Shown here: one piece after another, positions 1 to 13,269 of the stretch
How positions within the stretch are numbered: position 1 is the first letter of the stretch
How the letters are laid out: every line of letters starts with the position of its first letter
Source of the DNA: Nemertoderma westbladi
Lineage: Eukaryota; Animalia; Xenacoelomorpha
Direction of reading: 5' to 3'
Length of the DNA stretch: 64,000 nucleotides
Assembly: GCA_032718475.1 (NCBI GenBank)
Contig: JAUCBJ010006988.1
Location: forward strand, 146,075-210,074
Notes under the pieces: generated by a model
What the model was told of the DNA's origin: nothing
The model's input: only the letters and a program-made list of their open reading frames with translations
Database searches by the model: none
Translations under genes and position numbers: made by a program

Positions 1-1140
1 TCGACTTAACCGCACCCACCCACCTAAGCACGTCTACTTACCCGCACCCACCCACACACCTAAGCAAACCGACTTAACCGCACCCACCCACCCACCTAAG
101 CACGTATTCTTACCCGCACCCACTCACCTACCTAAGCACACCTAGTTAACCGCAACCACCTAAGCACATCGACCTAACCGCACCCACCCACCCACCTAAG
201 CACGTATACTTAACCACACCCATCCACCCACCTATGCACGTATACTTACCCACACCCACTCACCTACCTAAGCACACATAGTTAACCGCACCCACCTAAG
301 CACATCGACTTAACCGCACCCACCCACCCACCTAAGCACGTCTACTTACCCGCACCCACCCATACACCTAAGCACATCGACTTAACCACACCCACCCACC
401 CACCTAAGCACGTATACTTACCCGCACCCACTCACCTACCTAAGCACACCTAGTTAACCGCACCCACCTAAGCACATCGACTTAACCGCACCCACCCACC
501 CACCCACCCACCTAAGCACGTATACTTAACCACACCCACCCACCCACCTATGCACGTATACTTACCCACACCCACCCACCTACCTAAGCACACCTAGTTA
601 ACAACACCCACCCACACACCTAAGCACGTCTACTTACCCGCACCCACCCACCCACCTAAACACGTCTACTTAACCGCACCCACCCAGCCACCTAAGCACG
701 TCTACTTACCCGCACCCACCCACCCACCTAAACACATCTACTTACCCGCAACCACCCACCCACCTAAACACATCTACTCAACCGCACCCACCCACCCACC
801 TAAGCACGTGTACTTAACCACACCCACCCACCCACCTAAGCACGTATACATACCCACACCCACCCACCTACCTAAGCACACCTAGTTAACCGCACCCACC
901 TAAGCACATCGACTTAACTGCATCCACCCACCCACCTTAGCACGTCTACTTACCCGCACCCACCCACCCACCTAAGCACGTCTACTTAACCGCACCCACA
1001 CACCAAACTAAGCAAGCACGTCTACTTAACCGCACCCAACCTCCCCTACCCCTACACACCTAACTACCCGCACTCACCTACCCCTACCCACCCTCCCTCC
1101 CTCCCACACCCTATTTACCCGCACCGACCGCCCGAACCTA
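1..1140. repeat. C/A-rich minisatellite, degenerate ~33-41 bp units (cacccacccacctaagcacgtctacttaaccg-like)
   Basis: Continuous imperfect tandem copies of cacccacc-taagcac-(g/a)t(c/a)tactta from the window start, decaying near 1050-1140. Confidence 0.9.
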
Positions 1141-1694
1141 ACAAACACACCCACCCCTACTTTTTCTACCTTATTCAGACTCCACGGCAAACATTCTCGG
1201 AGCAATCATGCCGTACCAGAAATTTACAAAAACGGAAAGCAGGGACAGTTTTCGCAAAACGTTTTTTACAAGAACCGTTTTTTTGATAATCGTTTCCTAT
1301 CAAATAAATATAATTTACATCCTAGAACATTCGATAACTATTGTAAATTATTGTAATTAATAGGTAGGTTGCTTTTTTTTACCATATATTATTAAATAAA
1401 TGTGAGATATTTAGTGCAGTTACTTTAATTATAATATCGTAATAAACATCACTGCACAAAAACGCGTTTTACACACCAGATCTTTAAAACATTACCTTTA
1501 TTCGCATGCGAAAATAAGGGTTATGCCAGAGCCAGCCTAGAGGCCAAGCAAGGTACCGGTAGCCGTAGCAATGCAAGAAGAAGGATGGATCAAATAGGAT
1601 GCTAGAAGCTTCCTATTGGGTGCTATTTTTAGATCCTTCCCCTTTTCTTACCCCCTCATCCGTGCCACCACTGGTTCAGCCAAACAACCCAGGC

Positions 1695-1900
1695 AGCTCC
1701 GTAGCCCATCATTGTTCCAATTCTTCCGGTAGGCTATAATTACGGCTCTCCTAATTTGTTTCAAATTTGTTTCACTGGCATACTTAACATTGTTCCAATT
1801 TTTTGAGCTCCGTAGCCCATCATTGTTCCAATTTTCCGGTAGACTATCATTACGGCCCTCCTAATTTGTTTCAAATTTGTTTCACTGGCATACATAGCAT
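1695..1900. repeat. Local ~111-bp tandem duplication
   Basis: agctccgtagcccatcattgttccaatt...ctaatttgtttcaaatttgtttcactggcatac starts at both 1695 and 1806. Confidence 0.75.
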
Positions 1901-2044
1901 TGCAGGTAGGACACCATTACGTGGCTCCAGGCTCCTAATATGTTTCAATTATGTTCCAATTTTGTTTCAACTAACAGAGACATACTAGTGGCAGTACGTG
2001 GGCGAGCTGGGGAAAGATCTTCTCTGTGCTGGGGGTAAGAGCGC

Positions 2045-3238
2045 TGTAAAAGCTTTTGCGGAATTAGCTGGTTATTTTCCCCGCAAAGTACTCTGTAGTT
2101 GGTTTAATGGACATAAAAAGCCGTTTCCTTACTGTACCGGTGTTTTAGTGAACATAAAAAGCCATTTCTTCTGTATGTGTACTTTAGCGGACATAACTAG
2201 CAATTTTATGTCGCAATACGCTAAAATCCCCTTGACACAGTGTAGTTACTATGACGACGGCTAACAGCTGATATGTACACGTGTAGCTTTTTCTTTGTTT
2301 CTTTGTTCGGACAACCAATCAGAGCGATTTTCCTGTTATTTGTACAGAAACCTCCGGGAAATCGCGCAATGCATTACAGTTTATGTTTACCTTTTTTCCT
2401 GATGCCAGAAGACCGGCTTTGGAATCTCTGTGTTTTCAGGCTTTAGCAAAACATTAGTAGGCTTGATCATAGGAACGTATAACTGTTATCTAACTAACCA
2501 ATCGCCACACAAACTAATCACAAGTCAGTGTGTCAAATCATATTGTCAACTACAAACACCACATTTTTACTGCTATTTACTGTCGGTTATTAATTATATC
2601 AGTTGATGGAATATTATTATATTTGGATAATATCGGTGAATAATCATAAAACCCCCAATCTTCTTGATATACTGAAGGTGAGAGACTGGTTACATATAAC
2701 AATTGCGACTTACATGATATTGGTTTTGGAGTGAATCTAATGCTATTTCATAGGCACTACATGAGTCGGTTGCTGTTCTCTTTTTATGTGACTAAAATTA
2801 GTGAAGGTTGGCAGATCAGTGTGCAGTATTGTGCGGTAGTGTGCATGATTGTGACTGATAACAAAGCATCTCCTAAAGAATGCGCTTTATACGTGAATCC
2901 ATAGCCATCCCGTTGTGTCTAGTGTAAGTCATAACTCTGTTTACATATTTAGAGCGCCACGTCCTAAAGGAACTGTTAATATTTCCCGAAAGTGAATAAT
3001 ATTTGTCAGAAATTATATATTAACGATCAGTCGAATAATACAGTAGGCCTACACCGCAATAAGGTCAAAGCTTCCGAATCCAGACTCCCGGGTATATCCA
3101 GCGGGTGAATGGTCGCGCATAGACTGGCTTCGGCTAATGTAGTGTATCAAATACTCGTCATAGGCTAAAGTCGATTTATAATCTAGAAGACATCTAAATT
3201 TGGCAGGTTAAACTGCTAAAGGTCTGAAAGCGCGAACA
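2045..3238 (+). repeat. 5' LTR of copy 1 (~1.19 kb, TG...CA)
   Basis: Starts TGTAAAAGC and ends ggtctgaaagcgcgaaCA, the same termini as the TSD-delimited LTRs of copy 2. Confidence 0.88.
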
Positions 3239-3249
3239 ATAACAGTTAT
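3239..3249 (+). promoter_or_regulatory. Non-tRNA primer-binding site candidate ATAACAGTTAT (complementary to LTR 2479-2489)
   Basis: Immediately follows the LTR CA and does not start with TGG. It is the exact reverse complement of ATAACTGTTAT at 2479-2489. Confidence 0.7.
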
Positions 3250-3585
3250 GATCGTCTGATTGCAGTGTAGGCAATAAATACAGTTTAATATTGTTCTGGT
3301 AAAAACAATAACAGTTATTGCTTCTGTATTGCAGTAGGCAATAAAGCTGAAGTACCGGTCGACTGGTACCTGGTAGGCCTGACTTCCTAACCACCCGGAC
3401 CGGTACTTATAGCAGTACAGGTACAGCAGTATTATTCGATTTTGATAATTATATACCGGTAGGCCTTAATATTTAATCAGGGACTGCAGCCCTGGTTTTT
3501 TATTGAGATTTTACTTATTTCTGTCAGTTTTATTTATTTGTAGGCCAATATTGAGCAGAAGACGTGTAAGCCTGCTCAGATTGTA

Positions 3586-4459
3586 CAGATAATTTGTAGG
3601 CTGGATTGTTGTCTGGCTGTTGTTAGGTCTGAAGAGATTGCGGTGTGTGTAGAGTGTATGTCCGATAAAGTACTAGTTAGGAACGTAGGGGCTTCCAGTG
3701 CTGTGAGGTAAATCCCCTCGAAAGAATAAGTCGTACTACTCGGTTAGAACGCATACTAACTAACCATTTCGGAGTCTGCATATACTGTAGTTTGTTTAGG
3801 CTTGATAGTAGTCTGCCAGCGTTTGGTCTGTATTTTGTTTGTGTAGTCTGTACGGGTAGCGTAATATTTCTTATTCAGATAATTTGTAGGCTGGATTGTT
3901 GTCTGGCTATTGTTAGGTCTGAAGAGATTGCGGTGTGTGTAGAGTGTATGTCCGATAAAGTACTAGTTAGGAACGTAGGGGCTTCCAGTGCTGTGAGGTA
4001 AATCCCCTCGAAAGAATAAGTCGTACTACTCGGTTAGAACGCATACTAACTAACCATTTCGGAGTATGCATATACTGTAGTTTGTTTAGGCTTGATAGTA
4101 GTCTGCCAGCGTTTGGTCTGTATTTTGTTTGTGTAGTCTGTACGGGTAGCGTAATATTTCTTATTCAGATAATTTGTAGGCTGGATTGTTGTCTGGCTGT
4201 TGTTAGGTCTGAAGAGATTGCGGTGTGTGAAGAGTGTATGTCCGATAAAGTACTAGTTAGGAACGTAGGGGCTTCCAGTGCTGTGAGGTAAATCCCCTCG
4301 AAAGAATAAGTCGTACTACTCGGTTAGAACGCATACTAACTAACCATTTCGGAGTCTGCATATACTGTAGTTTGTTTAGGCTTGATAGTAGTCTGCCAGC
4401 GTTTGGTCTGTATTTTGTTTGAGTAGTCTGTATGCGTAGCGTAATATTTATTATTCAGA
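3586..4459. repeat. Three near-identical 290-bp tandem copies in the leader of copy 1
   Basis: cagataatttgtaggctggattg starts at 3586, 3876 and 4166. Copy 2 has one copy (~33965-34255). Confidence 0.93.
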
Positions 4460-5917
4460 GTTTATGCGATTATTCGCAACATTCATATCCCCAAGTTTAT
4501 TCCTACAGTAATTGTGCTTGTTGTACATACCGTTATAGTTAAATTAACCCCGGTACTACATCAGGGCTGCTTGGCGTAGGTAAAGACTGGTGATTTTGTG
4601 CCCCGGTCACTCCAGCAGATACCGTGGTTCTTTTAGCTGTACAAGTATTTCTAACTGCTGATTATTTGTTGTATAAGTACTTGTACCTAATTTAGGGTTT
4701 AGTGTACAGTGCTTTCCGAAAGTAATTAGTGTGTAGGCAATATATTTGTGTTGTAAAGTGGTTAATAGGCACGTTGGTTCTGGTAGACCGCGGTAATTAA
4801 CTTCTAGGTAGGAACACTCCGTGATACATAACGTAGTACTTATAGCGATACGGCTATAAGTCGTCAGACGGTAGTATTTTTCCTATCTGGACAATGCAGT
4901 ATATTTACTACTGCTTTGTTATTTTCAAATACCATAGTACCCTGTCCGTTGTAATAACCAGATATTCTAACCCTTTGTTAGGCTGGTTTGTAGACTTCTT
5001 GTAAAATTACCCTAAAAATTCGTACGTGTAATTTTTGTGTTTATTTAGAGATTGTAATCTTACCCCGAATTGTACATAATTTGTAGTATTAAGTAACTTA
5101 GGTAAATTAGAATTATTTGTTTTAGTGTCCAACAAGTAGCACTTCACTGAGAGCGTACAGCTTCTGTGCAGTGACTCCTTCCCAGAAATAATAACATTTA
5201 TTTCAAATATTGACAAAAACCCATTAAACGGGTATATATATATTATAAATCAACTCAAACCGATTTATAAAATAGTAGGCCTGTTATACATCAATTAGGT
5301 CTTAATATCAGTTGGACCACTGCTTAAATAACGGTAATCAAGTAAAGTAAAGTAACAAAGTAACCCCAAATATTCAGAAATTCAATTATTCTAAAATAAT
5401 TGACATACCGGTATTTACAATAAGCTTATTATATTTATTTCTATAAATTTAGGCTGAAATTATACCGGTATTCTGTAATTAATTCTAGTCTGTAATAACA
5501 CTTATATATATACTATAAGTGTAAGCTGTATACCGGTATTCACGATAGGCCTATTATATTTCTATATATATTTGTGCTGAAATTATATACCGGTATTCTG
5601 TGACAAACCTAGTTTGTAATAATACTTATATATATACAATAAGTGTAAGCTGTATACCGGTATTCACGATAGGCCTATTATATATTTATATATATTTGTG
5701 CTGAAATTACATACCGGTATTCTGTGACAAACCTAGTCTGTAATAATACTTATATATACACTATAAGTGTATACCGGTATTCTAATATATTGTATATATA
5801 TCACGTTACATAGAGTAACAGTATCGGTAATTAATTACTAGGCTAACAGTTGATACTGAATTACTAGACTTGCTTTAACTGTAATATAGCAGTAGGCAAG
5901 CAACTGTGCAAACAAAC

Positions 5918-8900
5918 ATGTCTGACACAAAGCAAAACCTGTCAGACAGTCTCCTAGATACAACCATCTGTGACCCAGACAGGAGTGTGGAACGTGTGAG
6001 ACCGAAGTTCAACTCACCTCCTACTGTAAGAAAGATCATCCCTCCAGTAGTAGTCAGACCCTAGGCTAGTCCAACACCGTAGGTCTATCATAGGCACTCG
6101 AGCTCAGGTCAAGCGGGACCAAGAAGCAGCGGAACAGCAGCAACACTCGAGCCGAGAACTTATTTCTCAGCGGCCCGACCGCTCCAGTAGTGCGGATACT
6201 GTAGAGCTGACACCCGAGTGCGGAGCAAAGATGGCAGATGCGGTTTATTCGGATCCCCTTCTCATCCTTCCTGCAGCCGTACTCACTAGGGTATTGATTG
6301 CGGTGGAGGAACACCAGATTGATTGGGCGAGAAGTAAGTGATCGACCAAGGATAGTTATGCGGGATACACAAGGGAAGAACTGAAGTCTATTGTCGAGTC
6401 GCAATGGAACTTCCCCGGACCCGGACTCCCGTTTGACTTATCGGAGGCTGCCTGGGAAGACATACACAGGATGGGAGTGACAAAGGAAACCAGCGATCCA
6501 GCTGTGTGGAAGAGGTCTGCAGCAGGATACGTACAGGGATTCTTCAGCTCTATGGAGCGATTAGAGGAACAACTGTTTAGACAACCCCAAGGACCTCAAG
6601 AGCAGGGAGAGCTGCTTTATCAAGTTAGAGAAAGAATTCTAAGAATCAGACTAATCTTATCGGCCTTTGAGGAAGCTTCAAAAAGAAGACAAGACACGTC
6701 GTTGCAAGTTGCCGTAAAGACTTGGTTTCAACGGGTGAGTCTCCAGGTTCAAGGAACTGCCCAGTGGAAATCTCAGCTGGCTGAGCGCTCAACCCATGGA
6801 GAATCAACAGACGCTACATTTTCCCAAGTGGAAAGTGAAGCGACGGCAGAGAAACCGCATAATAGGGATGCTATTGACATCTATCTGTCAGACTATCAAC
6901 GCTTTGTAGGTGATGAAGAGTTGAGGAGGAGGCTAGATGGACTTAGCCCTAATAGTGAAGGAGCCAAGCTTGTGTTGGACGCAATAGATGCGGATATGAT
7001 AGCTGCGAACCAAGCTAAATTTGATGAACGCCTCCGCATCGCTAGAGTCCAAGAAGAACAAGTAAAGAAAAACGTATAGAAGACAGAAAGACAACAGCAG
7101 CGGCAATGGCAGCGGGAGAAGCGGAAAGAAAGGCGGCAGAGGCAACGGCAGAGGCAAAAGCGGCAGCTGCAGCAATAAAAGCGGCAGCGGCAGAAGCAAA
7201 AGTGGCAGCGGCAGAGGCAAAAGCGGCAGCGGCAGAAGCGGAAAGAAAGCGAGCAGTAGCAGAAGCAGAACGAAGAGCATCTGAAGAGACCACCCAACTC
7301 GAGTTGGAAAATATTCAAGAGAATCAAGACTGCATAAATAAACAGTTAACAGCTAGTCAAATGCAGATGATGAGTCGATCTACTCCTAAAAGACAAGGAT
7401 ATACATCATCTGATGAAGGCGATACTACAGATCTTGAAGGCGGAGGAAATAGATCTCGTCTAAGTAGGCGTAGAAGAATGTCCCACCGTCAGAAATTGCC
7501 TGATTTGCCCCCAGCTGTTAGAAAGCAACTAACTAACCCAGACTTAGGTAGTACAGAACCCACAGACCAAATAATTAAAATAGAAAGACTCCCTACTATA
7601 GTAGATGAGCCTGAAATAATTAGGCCTGTTCTCGACGCCACCCCTTCGGTGATAGAGACACCTGTACTCCCAGAACCTACCTCTAAATTCCCTCTGCACA
7701 GCACTAAGCTACCTGTGCCCCACAGAACCACCCCTGAAAATGTTCATGTCCTGGACTCCGAGCGAAATATTAATGATTTGTCGCCCGTTGTCCCTCGTCC
7801 GCCCGCTACAACGTTGGCGGCTCCCGCTTCGGCGGTCGAGTGGGTGGATGAGAGACGGCGGGGGATGGATCTCCTGCTCGGGCAGATGCAGGAGACTGTT
7901 CAGCAGTTCAAGGGCACAGTAAGGGAAAGTAGGTTAGAGTTGCAAGAAGTGCAGCAAAGTATCGCGTTAGAACGCGATAAATTAGTAAATACCCAAAGAG
8001 GTATACCACCACCCCCGGTAACAATGTGTCAACCTGTTAGGTCTGAAGTATCTCATGCGCAAGGTGTGGAGCCTACACGCATCTATACTGCTAGTGAAGT
8101 GGAAACTCCTATAGTAAACCCTATTAAGGGTAATTATAAACCTGTTGACAATTATATTCCATATAGACCTGATCATAATCCGAGAAATTTATATACAGAT
8201 AACTCAATATTAAATAACACGATGGCCCAAGAAAGTTTTACGCGTCAAATGGCTAGAACCGAAGCCCGTCAAGCGGTAAAGGTGGGAGAGATCGTCAAGT
8301 TCAATGGAGATGAGATGAAATGGTTACCTTTTAATGAATATTACAAAGATAACATACAGAACTCTGTGCTATCTAACGGAGAGAAACTTAGATTCCTCAT
8401 CGAGTGCTTGGAAGGATCTCCCAAGTTAATGGCGTTAAAGTTTATTGGACATCCAGATGGATTAAGACAAGTTTGGGATACACTAAACATCAGGTATGAT
8501 AATAGGAATAACATAGCTAAATATTTGTATGCAAAATTGGTAGCGCCCCGAAAGTTCATTAGCAGCGGGATTATAGAGTTTTCCGATGAGATTCAAGAGA
8601 TCTGTAGACAATTAGATTGGCTAGGTAAGTCTCATGAATATCAGAGTTCTATGGTTATTGGAGCCGTGGCCTCTACTTTACCGAAGGGTGGAGTAGGTAC
8701 ACGCTGGGATAAGAAAGTGTTATATATGATGGAACAACAATGACGAGACCCTACCATGGCTGATCTCATGTCATTCTTAGATGGAGAAGTGAAATTACAG
8801 CTCCTAAAGCAGTCCAGAGAGAAGACACCGGAAAACAAGGTAAGTGAGAAACCCGTTTCTAGGAGAAAGGTAATACCAGTGTGTTATACCGACGACGGCG

Positions 8901-11900
8901 AAAGCCAGGCTTCTCAAGAAGAAGACAGCGGGAAAGACACTGAAAGATCTTATTATGTCAATAAAACTCCTAAAGAGGTAAGTAAATTCAAGTCTCGAAC
9001 CAATGACAGGAGAGAACAGGTAAGAAAAACTCCTCCTACGTCTCCTAAGAGAATTCAGGTAAGAAAGCCCGAAGAAAGAACGAGTGTGCACAACGTTACT
9101 CAAAATAAGGTAAGTAATATCAAACCGAAATGTGCGCTGTATGACGGGACCCACCGTTTGAATATGTGTGATGAATTCCTAAAGAAATCATTAAAGGATA
9201 GATGGGAAGTCATGTGGGATAAGCGGTTGTGTTATAATTGCCTCAGACAAGGACACCAACGGCGAACCTGTTACTCCGACGCAAGGTGTGCGAAGTGCGG
9301 CGCAAAACCATTACAAGTCTATGCGGGAAGAACTAGAGTAGGTTGGTACTTTACTGGCCCTTCACGTAGAACTCTAATGGAAAGATTACCAAAAGAACGG
9401 GTATATCAATTAAGTGAATGGGAAGTGGAGAGCAGTGAAGTTGACGACCCAACTGAGGGAACACCATACTCCTCAGATAATGACGATATCCACCAGCTCT
9501 TCGACGAGGAGAATACCATTGATATCCTTACGGAAAACGAGACTTGGCAAAACCAAGTGAATCTATGTCAAGTCATTAGTCAATCAGGACGAGTCGACTA
9601 TAATGACGAACTGAATGACGTAATCGAGAGATATAACGCGAAAACTCGAGATGAACACGCCGTACGATTCTTTACTCAAGAGGCTGTAGAGCCCAATTCC
9701 TACGATAAGGCCCTATCGGTAGAAGAAGAAAGAGCCAAGCAGATCCAGGAGACAACGACACGTTTTCTTAAAGATCAAGGTAGATATGAAATCGGTCTCC
9801 CATTCCGAAAGCGAGAACCAAAATTCATAAATAACCGACCCTTGGCGGAGAAAAGAATTGCTCAACTACATCGACGCCTTACGGCAAATGCTTCAGCTAA
9901 AGAAATGTATCAGACTCAGTTGAAGAAATTTATTAATAAGGGATATGCGGAGCGAGTACCAGAAGGAACACCCTTAACTGAAAGAACGTACTATTTAACA
10001 CATCATTACATTCCCAAACCCAGTAAACCTCATGAGGTACGAGTAGTATTCGACGGCTCCGCCCTCTACATGGGCCAATCCCTTAATTCCGAGTTGTTAC
10101 CAGGACCCAACTTACTCCAATCCTTGTTGGGAATACTCTTAAGATTACGACAATATTCAATCGCTTTCGCCTCCGATATAGAAGGCATGTTCTTACAAGT
10201 CAAGGCGCTGGACAGGGATCGAGACAGCCTACGATTTCTGTGGTGGCCTGAAGGAGACCTCAGCCAGAAACCGGTGGAGTATTGGATGACCATCCAGGCT
10301 TTTGGGATCATCTCAAGCCCTTCAAACGCCTGCTCAGTGGTGCGCACCACTGCTGATGACAACCGGGACGCCTTCTCAAAAGAGGTGATCGACAACATCA
10401 AACGGGATATATACATGGACGACAATTTAAAGTCCCTTCCATCTGTGGAAGAAGCCATTGATGTCGCCAAAGGAACGGTAGAGTGCTTAAAAAGAGGTGG
10501 ATTTCGATTAACTAAATTCACCAGCAACTCCCGTGAATTTCTGGAATCGATCCCGGTAGAAGATCGAGGAGCGAAAGACCTAGACCTAATCAAAGATGAT
10601 CTTCCAGAAACCAAGACACTTGGTTTGAAATGGGACACTGAGAGAGATATCCTGTTTTTCCAGCTAAAACAGCGAGATAATCCAGTTCGGACTAAACGGA
10701 TTTGTTTAAGTATCCTGAGCACTTATTTCGATCCATTGGGATTTATTAGCCCAGTTATATTGATTGCTCGGAGTTTAGTACAACAAATGTGGCTTGAAAA
10801 CCACTCATGGGACGATCCATTTAAGGGGGAACTATTAAAGAAGTGGATGAAATGGGAAGATTCTCTACCAGCCATTTTGGTCATGTTCTCCCTACGTATT
10901 CCTATCAACTCCATGTGTTTGAAGACGCCAGCGATATGGGAATAGGTATAGTAGCCTACCTAAGAGTGGAAACTCCGGATGGAATCAAAGTCGCCTTGGT
11001 TACCTCTAAGGCATTGATAAACAACAAGTTGAAAGTTCCTCGAGCGGAGTTAAAAGCGGCTCTATACGCTACAGCCATCGGCCGGAATGTAACAGAACAG
11101 ATCGAATATCCACTGGAGAAAACTGTCTATTGGACCAATGCTTTACTCGTGTTGGAGTATATAACCAATGAAGTCTGTCAGTTCAGCGTCTTCGTTACCA
11201 ACAGAGTAGCCATTATACTTAGTCGCACGAAGATGGATCAATGGAGACATTGCCCCGGAATGATTAATCCAGCAGACATCGCCTCCAGGGGAGCAACTCC
11301 ACAAGAACTGATAGATACTCCAGACTGGTTAGGTGGACCCAACTTCCTAAGCAAAGAAGAGGATGAATGGCCTCCTCATCTTACTACGGCAGAGATTAGA
11401 CAGGCCAAGGGAGCGGAGAAAGTCAAACCTAAAACTCAGGCGAGTAAATCGAAGTTATTTAAACCCGTGGTAGATCTGTCTGTACTACACACTTCCGGAG
11501 ACGACGCTTTGGATCTGAAACCCACAGCCACAAATAAGTCTGTTGTGGAAATCAGAGAGAAGGATTGGAAATCTGGAATACCAGACGTCTCGCAAGGACT
11601 CTCACCTCTCCTGCAGAGAGCGATATATCACTACAGTTCCTGGAACCGGCTCTGTAAGGCCGTTACATATTTAAAACGATGTTTTCATCATCATTACTCC
11701 AGGGTGAAGACCAATAGTGATACCGCTCCACTGGCATCTGTGCAGGTCCATGTTGTTAAAGATCTTCCCAAATATAAGATATCCGACAGGTTTCTGAAGG
11801 AGAAGATCAGTTATAAGGAGCATGAAGAAACCAACAAGCAGATGCTGAGACTCCTGCAATGCTATGAGGATTCCGATAAGTATTTCCTGTTGTTGAGAAA

Positions 11901-13269
11901 TCCACAGATGCGCTTAAGGGATCGTTTCTCTAGCACAATGATAGATGGGTTAATACGTGTTGCAGGAAGATTAACTAATGCTCAATTATCCTTTGACACC
12001 AAGTTTCCCATACTCATTAGAAATCTTGAAATACAAATCAAGATGATTGTAGATGTTCACAGCAAACTTTATCATGCTGGTAGAGAACGAGTTCTTAGCG
12101 AAATTCGAACTCGCTATTATTTTTATAAACCCCGTAGAGCTCTGAACCAAGTTCTTAGGAACTGCATACCCTGTAGGAAAGCATTCAGTAGGCCTTTAAC
12201 ACAGCGAGAGGCAGAATTACCTAGGGAACGAGTAAGCTTCTATGAACCACCCTTTACTAATACCGGTGTAGATTTATTTGGCCCTATTGAAGTATATCGT
12301 GCTAGGACTATAGTCAAGAGATGGTGTGTCATCTTTGTTTGTATGACTTGTACAGCTATCCATCTCGATATGGTGAACGATTTATCTACTAACAGCTTCC
12401 TATTGAGCTTACGACGACAGATCGCTCGCTTTGGAACGAGTAACACGATGAGGTCTGATAAGGGAACGAACTTCATTGGTGCCAACAATGAAATCAAGGC
12501 TTACGTCAAAGATTGGAACCAAAGACAGGTGGATGATCAGCTAAGGGTAACAGCGTCTAGCTGGACCTTCAACGCCGCCAACGCCCCTTGGTGGGGAGGA
12601 AGTTGGGAGAGATTAATCAGGAGCGTGAAGACCGCATTTCACTTTATAGTGCCGTGCCGCGCGTATCTCACCGACGAACTTTTGCGGACTTTAATGGAGG
12701 AAATCGCCGCCTATCTCAACGAGAGACCGCTTATGCCAGTCTCGTCGAGTCCCGATTCCCTGGAAGCGCTAACACCCGTGCACTTCCTACTGAAGAAACC
12801 TGTAGCCATGCTCCCACGATCGGAAATCACAGACGGAGACGAATACTGCCGACAAACTTGGCAACTTATGCAGTTGTTATCCCGTCGTTTCGCTGACCAT
12901 TTCGAAAAACATTATCTGCCCACGCTACAACTTCGAACTAAGTGGTTTGCGCAGCAAGAAAACGTCAGCGCTGGAGACATGGTCCTTATTGTGGATTCAG
13001 ATCTTCCACGTAAGCGGTGGCAGACAGGTTGTATCATCGAGACTCACATCTCGGATGATGGTTTGGTGCGATCGGTAGAACTCGTCGTCATGCGACGTAA
13101 CTTCAAGAAACCGGGCATTGTCTTCGAGACACAGCAACTCAATCGCCCAGTTGGTCGTTTATGTTTACTGGAAAGAGACAGAGAACTCTCCGGAAACTAT
13201 GGAAGGCAAGATACTCTTCCCACGACCACCTCCCTAGTCCAACAAACATCTAGGGACTCCCCAACTTAA
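5918..13269 (+). pseudogene. Disrupted BEL/Pao gag-pol polyprotein (copy 1), protease deleted
   Basis: ORF pieces 6471-7079, 7106-8743, 8756-10945 and 10843-13269. Motifs: DUF1759-like FNGDEMKWLPF...EKLRFLIECLEG; CCHC CYNCLRQGHQRRTC; RT YYLTHHY/VRVVFDGS/SDIEGMFLQV/YMDD; Pao-type RNase H LHVFEDAS...VPRAELKAA; integrase HAG..CIPC, DLFGP, SDKGTNF, WERLIRSVK. The probable ATG at 5918 aligns with 35593 of copy 2. Confidence 0.92.

Noticed and set aside
1-1140. Telomeric repeat (CCTAA/TTAGG-like)
   Set aside because: CCTAA occurs only once per longer degenerate unit and never as a pure tandem telomere repeat.
3296-3320. TGGTAA downstream of the LTR as a canonical tRNA PBS
   Set aside because: It lies ~58 nt from the TSD-defined LTR end, and the sequence after it is the duplicated LTR-end/PBS motif rather than a recognisable tRNA complement (not checked against a tRNA set).
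6896-12896. Antisense and overlapping ORFs within gag-pol (Cys/Arg-, Leu/Pro- and Ala-rich, and the 218-aa ORF opposite RT)
   Set aside because: These are shadows of the Ala/Glu repeat and of pol codon usage. Their presence in both copies follows from pol conservation, and they show no recognisable domains.
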